Shown here: positions 38,460 through 51,944 of the stretch, in pieces
Position numbering within the stretch: position 1 is the stretch's first letter
Layout: each line of letters opens with the position of its first letter
Assembly: GCA_051294905.1 (NCBI GenBank)
Contig: CM119371.1
Location: 27,158,001-27,222,000, forward strand
Direction: 5' to 3'
DNA length: 64,000 bases
DNA from: Botryllus schlosseri
Taxonomy: Eukaryota
Translations under genes and position numbers: made by a program
Notes under the pieces: model-generated
What the model was told of the DNA's origin: nothing
Database searches by the model: none
What the model saw: the letters and a program-made list of their open reading frames with translations, nothing else

Positions 38460-41064
38460 TAGGGATGGTGTGAACGTGAGGTGTGTGTCAGGTGAACCTC
38501 AGGAATTTATAGGTTCACGTTGACAAACGAACCTTGGTAGGTTCTGCACCGTGAACATTTTTCATGTATCACAGCTTTCACTTCATTATACCATCTTTGC
38601 TTGAAATTTATTGCATTTCAACTGCGGGCCATTATATGTCCATGTCGCTGGCAGCACAAAGAAAATCATCATCTTTACAATCTCATAAATTTTACTAGCT
38701 TTGTTACAAAAGTATGCTCGAATATAGTGAATCTTTTCTGTGAGCTTGACCCGCAATCACATAACATCAAGAGCGAAATGCACTACATGCAGGTAGTCAG
38801 CGAATGATGCTTATCCAACCAATCAATGAAATTGATATCGTTGTCTGATGTAAAAAATTTAGCAAGCGTATGTGGTCCATCTCGATTCCATATGTCTGTT
38901 GTATTATAAAAAAAAACAAATCCGTTGCGATTGGGGTGATGGCTATTGCTGTATGAAATGGTATACGCATAGCACACTCTGCTCAATATCAACGTATCAA
39001 CACTCAGACGCGGAATGCATTGTCCGGTATGGCCGAGACCGTTATTAAGACGTAAATTATATTCCCTTGTAAGTCTTCGTAGAAATGTTGGCAAAGCGGC
39101 GCAAGATATTAATTTTATCGGATCATTATATCATTTGATTGCCCCAGTTGATACATTTGGCGACGTTCAAAACATCTATATCTACGTTAGCATTGTGGCA
39201 TCATGTGGCGCGAGTCGTAGCTAGGTATCGTGTACATTATGGATGTCAAACATAGGGCCCGCGGGCCGCATCTGGCCCGCGAAGCAATTCGGAGTAGATT
39301 GAAAAATGCATGTATTATCCAGCACATTTCTCACGAATGTTGAGAATTTTAGCAGGAAATAATTCCATTAACTACTCCTTCAAGGCAGCACATGTCAAGT
39401 GTGTTTATAGGCCACATTATAGCGACCCGACAGGGGAAGCGAGTCCCGCAGTTGGTTAAGCACTGCCGCCACGACACGAATGGTGAGTGGCTCGAGTCTT
39501 GGCTCTGTCATGCTCATCTGGGCTCCTCAACGCCGAACTCGCTGTAAACACAGCGCATTGAAAAAGCTCAGAGGAAGAGAGAGCCGAACTCTTGAAAGAT
39601 AGCAGCAAATGACTCATGACAAGTTTACTGAAATATTTGTATGTGTATGTGTACGTGTATGAAATTTACTATGCGGGCGCATATAACCAAGTTGTTGAAA
39701 GCGCCAATTAATGAGTGTCAATAAAACAAAACAACTAACCGCCTGGCTGCGGTGTTGTGGTTTCTAGTCACCATTAGGAGCAGAACCCTGACATTGACAC
39801 CCAATTTCGAGAGGGCAAGATAGTGCAAATTCATTTCACTGACCAAAAACTAGTTATTCACAGAAGCGCAAACGTCAATGCGAAAAACGGAGAGTATAAT
39901 AGAAGTCTCCACTGTCCAGCACTCGAGAGAAACCCGAATCGCGATATAATAGTATGAAGCACAATCCAACGTCCACAATCACAGGTATAAGTCTTTTGCA
40001 TTTCTTACAACACGTACGCAGGGTTGATGCCAATATGTCACTAAACAAATTGAGCATAGCAATGTACCATCTTATCATCGTCAGAGCCACTGTTTTGTAG
40101 GTTTATAACCAGTGTCGCCAGACGTCTTTTGCGAAAAGAGACCGAACAGTGCCGAAAAGGGCCAAATTGTTCAATAACGTTAATAACGTTGCAACATTAA
40201 CCACAGAACTTTTGTCAATCACCTGGAATGCAAGTTTTATAGTTTTGATACTGGTGTAGGATACCAAATCCACTACCTTAAACTACACTGGATCCAGCTA
40301 CAATAAATGCCATTATTTCAAATCCTTTGGCGACCGAATATAAAGTCGTAAAATAAAACTTTTTGTGCTATAATATGAGAGTGATGTAATTTTGTCAATT
40401 TTAATTAAAAATTGAGAGAATAGCTTCTTTGCATTTGAAACTTACCCAACTTATATACCTAATATTTAGGTTTTTCATCAAAAAAAACTCGCTTTATCTG
40501 CTACTCAACTTCCAGCTATGTTCGATGCTTTTTCGTCCACCCATTCAAGAATCTGTATTTACAATTTCAAGACAGATATTTTGTGATACGATTGTTGGTA
40601 TACAATTTTCTTTCCAATTCTATACTAGTTGCTGACGATTACCCCTGACGAGTGTCAGCCGAAAATATTCGGGTTCAATCTTCATCTTCTACAGTGCTTT
40701 CATTTGAATCTTTGACGTTGGCAAAAATATTGTCAGCTCAATTTACGAGATACATTTATTAGAATAGCTAGTTCGATGGTACGTCTCGTGGATTTTGGGT
40801 TATTTTGAAATTAAGGAATCTTGGTGCGGCCCGCGAGCGATTAGAAATGTTGAATCCAGCCCGCGACGTCAATTGAGTTTGATACCCCTGGTGTACATTA
40901 ATATATGCAATCACTTCACTGAAATGTAGGTTAAATATAGGCAATAAAGGGTTGAAATTAGCAATATGAGGTCACATGACGTCATGAGGTTCACGTTCGC
41001 GTTCGCACAAAAGCTTTCGAAAAAGTTCGCGTTCACACGAACCTGAACCTTTCAGAGGTTCACA
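38460..41064. mobile_element. TAGGGATG-family hAT element (right TIR truncated) with nested Charlie-type element
   Basis: Homologous to 22170-23129 on both sides of the insertion at 39238-40890. Confidence 0.8.
39238..40890. mobile_element. hAT (Charlie-type) element
   Basis: tatggatgtcaaac...gtttgatacccctg, GGCCCGC motifs, TSD GTGTACAT. Confidence 0.82.
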
Positions 41065-44000
41065 TGATTGAAATTTACATTTGAAAATATAGAGTAACAA
41101 TAGCTCTTTTGATGAAAAAGCTTCCGACCACTGTTATAAATAGTTCGAAAATACCTATAACCGGGACTTCGTCGATATGTAGCGTTTTAACAGTGGGCGA
41201 TTATCATCATCGCAGCATCGATGTCGTTCCAATAATCTATAACTAAATGCTTTAACTGTTCAACCGACGACGATTTCCAGTGTTACAGCTACTCTACATC
41301 GTATACGTCGTATATACCGGGTGAAAATCGTCAATAGGTTCTTATTGCGTGTTTTTTTCAAAAGTATTCACACAATTATGGCATAATTATATGAAGCTTT
41401 TTTAATAGCATTCTTGATATACACCACTTGTTTCGAATTCAACCTTAACCGGTAGCAACTTTTTGGAGCTTACATTGCATGCATTGCCGAGTCTGTATAG
41501 GCAACATCAAACATTTCCACCAGAGAACGGCACTCTCTGTTTCAATGTGTGGGCATGTATAAAATTACAATAACTGTTTTTGTCCCAGAGGCCATTATTA
41601 CTTCGGCAGTAGAACGAGAAGAAGTCTGGCTGAATTATTGGTCTTAGTGATATTCCAAGCAATTTCAAACGATTCCTCTGTGACTTTGTTTTCAACTTTA
41701 ACATTACCTCGTAATATGGATTGCAGGGATTTACAGGGGACAAGTGCCCTACAGCTAAGTCGACAGAGTGATTGGTGAATCCCGCAGCAATACCAGGGAC
41801 ACTAGTTGATGCTGCTTCCCAGTATGTCAATAACCGATGATTTGCTCCCCGAAATGTATTTTTTCATGTTAAGAGGAACCACGACAGAACGCCTCTACTG
41901 AAAAACACAGTACACGGCTTCCTTTTGCCGAATACCATTACGTAAACATTCAAAACCCGCAGCATTACCAAGAACACTAGTCTACTTGTTACTCCTTCTC
42001 AATACCCGAATTTCAAATAATTTATTTCCTGGAATGTATTTGCTCATATTCAAGCGGAGCACGGTATAAAGCCTTCATTAATAAAACATTTCACGGTTTC
42101 AATTTCTGAATAGAATTACGTAAATTTCTCGATCTGAAATGCTTTCAATCACTGAATAAGGGGTACATACATTTATATATTATATAACCGCCGAAATCAG
42201 CATCGCTATCGCTCGAACAGCATACAACGCAGAGTGTTTCAGATTACCCGAATTTTATCAGAATAACAGCGGGTTTCCAGATGTCGCCTATTTATGCCGT
42301 TGTACGTTTTACAAAGCGATTGTTAAGCTAATTTCCAATATCTTCGTCGTATAAGTCGCCTTCTACGGAACACCGCATGATAGCTCTCATTCGAGTGATG
42401 TCGAGCTCCATAACTTTGCTATTGTGCCACAAGCTCCAAAGGTTTTCTTCTTGATATTATTAGTTTCCGAACGTCGCAATAATGCTGTCCCTGTCGGTGA
42501 ATCTGACGAAAATCGAGTATCTCGCCGATTTTGTTTCGAGTCTAGTACCTGTCGATATGACATCGTCAAAGTAGGAATGATTTACAATGCTGAAGTATGT
42601 GCCATTTATGTGTTAAAGAGTGAACCATTGCCATTAGTTAGTCGCCACCAAAAATAATTTTGTAACTTTGGACCATGATTATTTCATAGCGAGATGAGAT
42701 GTGACCTTGCTGAGTGTTCGTCACGAAAATGTTGTTATCATAATTCTTCGTAGCGTTGGTAATATTGTTATGGATTTTATCATACCATGAATCGAGGTTT
42801 CAAACTGTTCATGGTGGTAAGTTCGTATCTATCGAGACCGTTTTTCTCGGTGAAAAACGAAACCTCCGAAGTCTTTATAATTTGTATCTGCGGAAATGAC
42901 TCCTACTGCTCGTCTCGTGTATTACATTTAATTCTCGACTAATATTCGAGAACTCATATCACTGTGCCTTGCCCTGACGCTAAATTGACCAGCATGATAA
43001 TTATAGTTGCAGCCAAGGTGGATAGGCATCGCGTACAAAATCAACGAACCGTGAGATAAAAATGACACCCAAGTCACGATAAGCAAGGGTGAAAACAGGA
43101 GCAGCTCCTCATACCGTTCTCTAATGTGAGAGGTTGGTTCGTTGGACGTAACGCTTCAATGCATTGTGGACGAACGAATGATATATTACCATTGCGTTAT
43201 CCGCAAGCAATCTAGATGAATGGAAATATACCACATTCGCGTGTACGCGTATGGAGGCAATCCAGTTTTGGAGCGAGAATTCGTTTTTTATGACGTAATG
43301 CAGCAACGTATAGATGAGAAACGCTTGGTGTATATCTGCAAAGAATGTCTGAAAATGGTATTACATGACCTACGGTCATAGGTCTAGGGAATCGGTTGGC
43401 TTTTTCGATAGGGTTAAACGGAATCTATTCTCCGAAACGAGAATATTGAAGTTGACTCCTAATGGGAATATTGCATTACCGCATCCAAATTTATTTCATG
43501 GTCATGCAGAACTATAATACATTATTACAATAATAATGCGCATCGAGCGATATTTGGAATCATATAATGATGCTGCAGACGCCTGATGATGATGTCCGGC
43601 AATTCATGTGTCGAATATATCCATTGCACCACTCTTGACCAAATCAATGTGTGTTTTTCATTTGTATATGAAATAATGTGTGTTGCAAACGCTACACATA
43701 ATCCAGGTATACGTCATACGTTAGTAAGCCACGTCTGTTCGCAAGTGAATAAATTTCTCGCGTGGGAACCGATATATCAACTCACTCGTTCACAACTCTA
43801 TGGACATTGGACGAGTGAGTGCTGATGTAAAGTCCGTGGGGCGCGGGGTGACGTGTGTGTCGAACCAGCAGAATACTTTGTAGGCATATGATTTTCAGTA
43901 TAAACTGAAGTGGTATACAGTAACATGTGATTTCGAAACACACAACAATACCAGGGGCACTTATTGATGCTGCTTGCCAGTACGTCAATAACGGATGATT

Positions 44001-45920
44001 TATCACCCGAGATCTATTTTTCCATGTTGAAAAGGACCACGGAAGAAAGCCTCTACTATGAAAATAGTATACTGTTTTTTTCTGGTTACCGTTACGGAAC
44101 TTTGTTCGTTTCAGAATTTCGAAACACACAGCAATATCACCAGCACTACTTATTACGACTCCCCAGTTATTTATCTACTCAGAAGTATTTGTTCACGTTC
44201 AGACTGACCACGGTACAAAGCCTACAGTATAAAAACAGTTCACGGTTTCAGTTCCTGAACAGCATTACGTAAATTGTTCGATTTCAAACAATATCAATCA
44301 CTGAATATGCTGTTTATGAATTTTATATATTACATAGCCGCTGAAGTCGGTATCGGTATTGATATCGATCGAACAACATACAACGCAGAGTGGTCCAGCT
44401 TTCTCAACTTCTATCAACGGGGGTTTCTAATTATCGCTCATTTATACCGGTCATATCACTACAATCCCATGAACCTCCAACACTATCAAACCCAGCGAAA
44501 TAGTGAACATAAATCAGACATGTTCCGTGAGGTAGAGTCGGAGACTCTTTTAGCAGATCCCTGGGTTATTCTAGCCCCGGGGTTCTTAACCCGCGGCCCG
44601 CAGACGGTTATTTAGCGGCCCACGGCGTCTTTCATCATGATCCATTACTACTGGCGCTGCATTGTTACATATCATTGTATTTGTAATTGTTATTGACTAC
44701 TCATTCTTTGTTGTGTTCTAGTTTCCTGATTTATGCTTGAGTTGATTGTTAGTGTTTTGAATCGGTATTCGGCTGTGGTCTTGTTCCAAGAGTTGTGTAG
44801 TACACTTTTAAAGAGTGTTTCACTCACCGCGAATGGTTTGAACAGAAACAAGAACAAGGAACGGGAAATTAAACAGCGAAAACTGGGTTTGTAATGTATC
44901 TTTGAGTGGAAAAATGAATTTGCTTTCTCAGATATAAATCGAAAACCGATGGGCCATATTTGTCAAAAAACAATTGTCGTAACGAAGGGTAGCTTAAAAT
45001 GATACCGCGACAATTTCTTCTGTATAGTTATACATATCGCCTGATCGCCTGAAAAGTTACCAGCTTTAGGTGTCAAGCCGTAAATCCATATTTAGAAGCG
45101 CTGTTAGAATGGCGGACGACGTCACAAACTTACTTGGTAGGTCTACCTCACGAAATCCGAGAAATATGCTAGAGAAGGTGTAAATTCAATAAAACTTTAA
45201 CATACTGTGCGAATATTCGCAGCAAGTACAACATCACCTAACTAATTTCGAAGATACAGTTTACTGATTGATTCAACCGTGACCAGAAGAGTAACAGCAA
45301 CGTCAGTCGATAGATTATCGCATTTTCTGAAATACGTTGCCGCATATAGACTCACTTTAGCCACCTAGCATTTGACGAATCCACCGACTCAACCGACATT
45401 GCATGACTAATTATCTGAGTGCATTCTATCAGAGTGGACATATTTGCAGAGGAAATGTTGGCAGGTCAAACGTTGGGAGGGACCAGCTTAAATCATCAAC
45501 TTGACCAAGCTGACTTCTGTAACTATTGATCCAGGGCTCCAGCCATCGAAGGAAAGGAGAAATGTTGATTGGTTTGCTCAAAATGGACCCAGAACGCCTG
45601 AATTCTTCTCATATCAATGAAAACTCAAAGTTATAATGACCTCTGTCACGAAGAAGTTACCGTAATTTTAAACATACAGTTAGGTTATATCGTGGACGGG
45701 TAAGTATTAATGTGCATATACCGAACTGGCAACGAATGCATTGTACGCTCCATTACTTGCGCCTCTGGAAAAACATATTTTCACAAAAAAAAAAGCAACC
45801 ACAAATTTATGAACGCTATTCAGTGTTCATTATATATATATATCGACTTTTCAATTAAATAAAATAAAATGAAAAGGGCAAAAGAAAACAGAAAACAAAA
45901 AAACATCGAGATAATCAGTT

Positions 45921-47590
45921 TTAGGCTCGTATTAAGCGTCTCCAACGTAGGCGGTCGTGGGCGTCTTCAAGCGACATCCCGCGTTGCGCTATGTCAGTCT
46001 CCATTGTCGAGCGCCATGTTTTCCAATTCCAGCCACCTCTGCGCCATGGCTCCGTGGGAATGTGATTGATGATGGCGGCGGCTGGTTGCTCGTCTTGATG
46101 CCGCACTAGATGGCCGATTAGGCGGAAGCGTCGTTCAGCTGCCAGTAGACGGCATGGCACGGTTCCTGTGAGTTCTCGCAATGCATTCGTGGATATATGC
46201 TCCGGATGGTGAATGCCGAGTGCATAGCGGATGCAGGGCCGTAACTGACGCACCACAAACCCCCCAATTGGGGGGGCGAGCTCGAAGGGGGCCCCAAATT
46301 TTTTGGTGAATTAGTATAAATTATAGAGTATTTTTTGAAACTTTATGCAACATTTTCACAAATTTTCCGCGCTGCGCGCGATTTCAAGTTGCCAAATGTT
46401 ATAATTATTGGGTACTCTTACTCCAGTGAAAAATACACAAGATTTATAGAAATGGGCATATCGGCGTTGGCCATTACCGCGCCGCGACGCACCAAGACAT
46501 ATACAGTTTTAGGCCATGTAACACGCGACTCCAAGAAGTGTGCCAGAACGATCGGCAGCGAGAAACCTTGGCAGAAAAGGACTGCCCTTATGGTGACCGA
46601 AAACTTCGTTATATAGGCTATAGGTTACGAAATACATATAGGTTTATTTGTCCATAGTCGCCTAAATGACTGGCGTCGAATGTTCCTGTCTTGGTAATCT
46701 GAACATCATAGGACAGATACCATCCCGCAGCGTCAGAAGATGTTTAATTATTATTTACGGGCTCTACAGTTTCGAAGACATCTCACTCAGCTCTACCTGT
46801 AAATCTGATTTCGTGAGTAGAGAGAACAAGAAATTGATAGCAATATATATGCAATTTCCGATCTCATGGACCGATTTTATCATCAATTATCAAAAATTTT
46901 CGCGCGTGGCGCTGGCTAACTGAACTGTACAACTATATTACTTGACAAACGCGAACAACGTGATTGGAGGGGGGATCGGTTTATCACCCTATGGGAGCCC
47001 AAGACTCAATTTAGGTTTACCACCCTATGGGGGACCCGAGACCAACGTTTTGGGGGGGGCCTGACGAAGTGCTGTTACGGCCCTGAGCGGAGGAGTGCGT
47101 CGTAGTTAGCGTTGAGCATCTTAGCCAGCGTCTCTGTCAGCGTGAGTGCCTCTATTCCGTAGAGAAGAACCGGCTCGACAGTGGCACGGAAGATACGGGT
47201 CTGGAGCTAGGTTGAGGCACTTGAATGGAAGAGGCTATGTAGCCGTCTTGCCGCGCCCCAGGTCTTTGCTCGCCTCGCCTTGAGCGCTTTTCCAGAGTCA
47301 GCGACGTCAATACCGAGGTACACAAAACTCGTTACATACTTGAGATCGATTTCTCCCAGTTGAATCGGTGTCGTGTTCTTCGGTAGAGCTGGTATGGCCA
47401 GAACCTCAGTCTTTTTGGCGTTGATCTGGAGGCCAACAAGAGCGGCAGCGGCCTCTAGCTGGTTAACGAGGCGCTGTGCTGATGCGGTGTTCAGGACAAG
47501 CAAGGCTAGGTCGTCTGCGTAGGCACGAATACCTACGTGTATTGCCTCGCGAGTCGTACGCGTGCGCGTTCCTTGCCGTGGTCGCCATTC
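45921..47590 (-). mobile_element. 5'-truncated RTE-clade LINE, RT C-terminal half
   Basis: AYADDLALL, GLQINAKKTEV, FVYLG, VEPVLLYGIEALTLT, FRLIGHLVRH, TWRSTMETDI, AHDRLRWRRLI; split by the MITE at 46234-47085. Confidence 0.88.
46234..47085. mobile_element. hAT MITE CAGGGCCGTAAC...GTTACGGCCCTG inserted in the RTE
   Basis: 12-bp TIR; TSD AGCGGATG/AGCGGAGG; RTE frame rejoins across it (DALLR|YALGIHH). Confidence 0.88.
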
Positions 47591-50500
47591 AAAGAAGTTC
47601 GTATTATCCATTAATGCCCTCGAATGCATAAAAATGTACAAAATGCCCGTATGCGACTGGAAAATATGCTACAGTAGCCTAAATTTAATATTAGCTCATA
47701 AGTACATTGTAATAATGTTCTGCGGCCCGCAGCGTTTTTTGCTGTTAAAATGCGGCCAGTTATACAAGGGAAGTTGAGAACCCATGTTCTAGCCCGTAGC
47801 ATTAGCTATACAGAATGTACACCATTCCTCCAAGTGCCGACGACACGAAAGAGGATGCCGCAATGGAACTAGTGCTCTGAATAAGAGGGTAAACTTTGTC
47901 ATAACTTCACAACGACATTTCAAGAAGTACGCGATTTTGGTGACGGATTCGAAATATCCATAGGAAGATGTGACAGCATTGCTACGGGTATAACTGGAAA
48001 TAGAGGCTGTAAATGTGTAGCTAATTACAACATTGGGAATAGCGAAACATCTCTATTATCATGCTATCATTTCCCCTTGTGGCATTTAGTTCTTGTGATG
48101 GGAAGTCGCTTTCAGAAAAATTCACTTTCCTCCCTTGAAAATCAAACAAATTATATTCAAATAGTGATTTTCGAGTTTTAACAAATATACGTTAGATAAA
48201 GTGGTTGATGCGAATTTTCAATATTTTCGTCGTATTTACCGCCTTCTACTGAACACCGCATGATAGCTGTCATTGGCCATGCGATGTTTTCTATTTTGTC
48301 GCAAAGCCTATGGGGTTTAGAAATCACTTTTTTTATCGTTTCCTTTTGGTGTTCTTCTTTCCAATCGTCGCGATAATTTTGTCGGTGAGCCTTGCAAAAT
48401 CGAGTATCTGACCGATTCCATTCTGATCCATCCAGTAATTTTGACCCCAATCACAGTAGGCATGACTTACAGTGTGCGAGTATACTATTTCTGTTGTCAA
48501 AAGTGAACCAATGTCAGCTTGTCGCCGCCAAAACTAATTTTGTACTTGTGGACCATGAACAATTCATAGCACGAATGTAACTAGCTGAGCGTTGGTTACA
48601 ATAATGTGTATATCATGTTTCCGAATAAATTATGAGGGTAGTATTCGATAACCGAAGTGTCAAACACAGGAGCAGCTCCTTCCATTCTAAAGTGGGAGCT
48701 GGGTTCGTTGGACGTAACGCATCAATGCATAATTGACGATCGCATGACGTATTACCATTGGTTTATCCGCAAGCAATCTCGATGAATGGAACTATACCAC
48801 ATTCGTGCAAGCGCGTAAGGAAGATAACAGGGGGTTTCTAATTATCGCTCATCTATACCGTTCATATCACTACAATCCCATATAACCTCCAACACTATCA
48901 AACCCAGCAAAATAGTACACTAATATCGGACATCTTCCGTGACGCGAAGTCGGCGGCTCTTCTAGCGGATCCCTGGGATATTCTAGCCCGTAGCATTGGC
49001 TATACAGAAGGTACACTAGCGGTATCAGACGAGGCGATGTCGGCGATAATTTCTCTACCATCATGTGAGAGATCGTTGCATTTGATTAGTTTCAGAAGAC
49101 GTTGACGTGTTGCATTTAAACCTGCTCGGGGATAATTGACATCTGCGAATCGGATTTTTGTTGTTGTACAGGTCAAGTACACTGTAAATACTACCGTATT
49201 ATGATCAGTGATGGGCGCATAGTGATTTCTGAAAATCCGAATCCATCCGACAGCTCAAGTCTCTGAGGAGAAATTCTTCCGAATACGAACAACCTCATCG
49301 AAATATCCATGTATATCCGAAAAATCATTTCCATAATCCAGAAAATCCGAATAGAATATTTTTTCCGAAGAATCCCAATTGTGTAGCGGACCTAGACACA
49401 TTTAGGGCGGTAAGCCTTTATAATGGTTCAGAGTTGGCTTGTTTATATTTGCTTGGGCCTTTAACAGAACAACTTCAGAGTGCTAACAGTCCTATAACAA
49501 TGTCCGTTTAGTTGTCGCGCTGACGATTTTTTTATCTTTCGACTTGATGTCAAAAGTCACGTCTGGACAGAATTATCCAGAAAAGTCCGAAACAAAGTAA
49601 CAACTGGCCGAAAATATTCGAAACTAATACTGCGATATGGTTATGATGGCGTTCCAATGTGTTCATGCTGCAATGTCTTGTCGAATGAAACTTTCTCCGA
49701 ACCATGGTAGCATGGTATTTGTAAGGGTAGGTCAAAAAATTAGCACGTGCTTTAACTGCCATAATAGCTGCAGAAGAATGCGCGTGCTGGTGCTACTCGA
49801 AGGTGGTGGGTGCATCCGATTTTGCAACGCCGGCCTATACCGGGTGAGTGAAGCAGCTCAATAATTTAGTACAACATCGCAGTAATTCTTTCGCAATGCC
49901 TCGCCAGAATTTCCGTCCGCCAAACGGCTTGAGCAAAAGTGACGCTATTCAAGTCTCGACACTGGTTTATATATGGATACGCATAAGTGCATCTCCGACT
50001 TCTCTCATCACCGCGATGGTAAAACCAACCCCTACGCTCGGTCGACATCGTCTCGTCTGATACGGCCTTAAAACTCTAATTTCGTCGTGGGCCGGATTCA
50101 AGATTTCAAAATGTTACCTCGCGAGCTTGCTTTTCACTCGAATAACTAAAAGGCATATATATATAATACACAGATCATTGTTTTTTTAAAGGAGCAAGTC
50201 GCAACACGTTTCTACGCGAGCAATGGCATTGGCAAAAATACGATGATTGTCCTGTTGAATACAGCTAAGAACCGTTAAAAAAGCTGCGTTAGCGACGATA
50301 TAGGTTGGCATATTCCGTCTATGCTCTCTTTATGTTAGTCTTAGGCGACGGCAGGCTGCCCTATGAGCGCAAAGCTATAATACTGGCTTGTATTGACACT
50401 GCAATAGAAAAACGTTGAGTAACCACCGACAGATACTCTCTGTCGTATCTTCAAAGGTATGGTAAGAGTCCCTTGCAGCTACATACGACATCTTACTGCT

Positions 50501-51944
50501 TGCGAAACGCACAACAATACCAGGGACATTTCTTGATACTTGAATTGCTTCCCAGTACGTCATTAACAGAGGATTAATTTCCCGACATGTGTTTCTCATA
50601 TTAAAATGGACCACAGTACAACGCTTCTACTATAAGAACAGTAGGCCTATACACGGTGTCATTTTTCTAATGACTATTACGTCAATTGCTCCATTTCACA
50701 AACTCAAAACCACCAGCAACATCGAAAACACTACTTGTTACGGATTCCCAATGTTTATTGCCTGGTAAGTATTTTCTCATGTTCAAACGGACCACGGTAC
50801 AAAGCCTCCAGTCTAAGAACAGTTTACGGTGTCAGTTCCTGCACAACGTCACGTAAATTGCTCGATTTCAAATATTATCAATCATTGAATAGGGGGTATA
50901 CATATTCGATATATTGTATGGCGGCGACATCGGTCTCGATATCGCTCGAACAACGTATAAGGCAGAGTGGTCCAGCTGTCTCAACTTTTATCAAGAAAAC
51001 AGCGAGTTTCCAGTTGTCGCTTATTCATACCGGGCATATCCCCACAATTCCACGAAACCACCAACAACACCGAAGCCCAATATTTTTGAACATTCTTGAA
51101 CAATAATTGACAGCGTTCGTAAGTTTTAGTTATTCTTCCTAGTTTCGAATATATCAACTTCCAATCGGTTAATCTAATCAAGATGATTTTTCTATTAAAA
51201 GAAAAACCAAGTTTAAGCAATATTCTTAAAATATGGGCCATGTTTTAAACATTTTTCATCCATTATGTCGCTATTTCCTTATAGTGTACGTCACAGTGGA
51301 TTGACATTTACATTTGAAAATATAGGGTAAATATAGCTCCTACAATGAAAAAGGCTTCCGACAACTGTCACAAATACCTTGTACCGGGACTTCATTGTTT
51401 TGCAGCGTTTTTACGGTCGGCGATCATCATCATTAGAGCATCCACTCCTTATCAATGATCTATATCTACATGCTGTAACTGTTCAAGCGACCACGATTAC
51501 AAGGGTTCCAGCAACTCCACCTCGTACACGTCGACTGTATTGGGTGCAAATTGTCCGTATGCTAATACTGCATGTGTTTTTCGAAAGTATTAACACAATT
51601 ATAGCATAATTATACAAAGTTTTTTTCGCGACATTTTTGATACAGCACTTGTTTTAACTGCAACCCTGACTGGTAGCAACTTTATGGAGCATACATTGCA
51701 TGCCAATCCAAGTCAGTTGACGCACATTCAAACTCTTCCACTAACTAGAGAATGTGAAGGCAAGTACAAAATTGCAGGATCTGTTTTCGACCAAGAGGCC
51801 ATCGTCACTTCGACAGTGATATAAGAAGACTTTTTGGTTTTACCGATATTCCAAGCAATTTTAAACCATTCCTCTTTGACGTTGTCTTCGATTTTATCAA
51901 TTCCTCGTAATATGAATCGGAGGGATTGACACCTAGCGAGCAAC

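Larger units (their letters stand above)
44577..47786 (+). mobile_element. Decayed hAT Charlie/Buster-type (GTF2IRD2-like) transposon with transposase remnants; hosts an RTE insertion
   Basis: TSD TTCTAGCC (single-copy empty site at ~48981). Remnant peptides EWKNEFAF...KPM..ICQK (~44905), LAFDESTDSTDIA (~45365), KLTSVTID (~45508). Confidence 0.85.
35400..51935. repeat. Mosaic of tandemly duplicated, decayed coding-like segments of unknown identity (interrupted by TEs)
   Basis: Segment Y at ~35400-36100, 37890-38330, 41740-42300, 43935-44460, 50480-51070; segment Z at ~36100-37740, 42300-43930, 48200-48820; segment X at ~41070-41730 and 51290-51935; segment W at ~44420-44576/47787- and 48825-49060. 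Confidence 0.75.

Noticed and set aside
39438..39530. tRNA gene (cgcagttggttaagcac...ggctcgagtc)
   Set aside because: A/B-box-like motifs only; I could not fold a convincing cloverleaf. More likely a SINE head.
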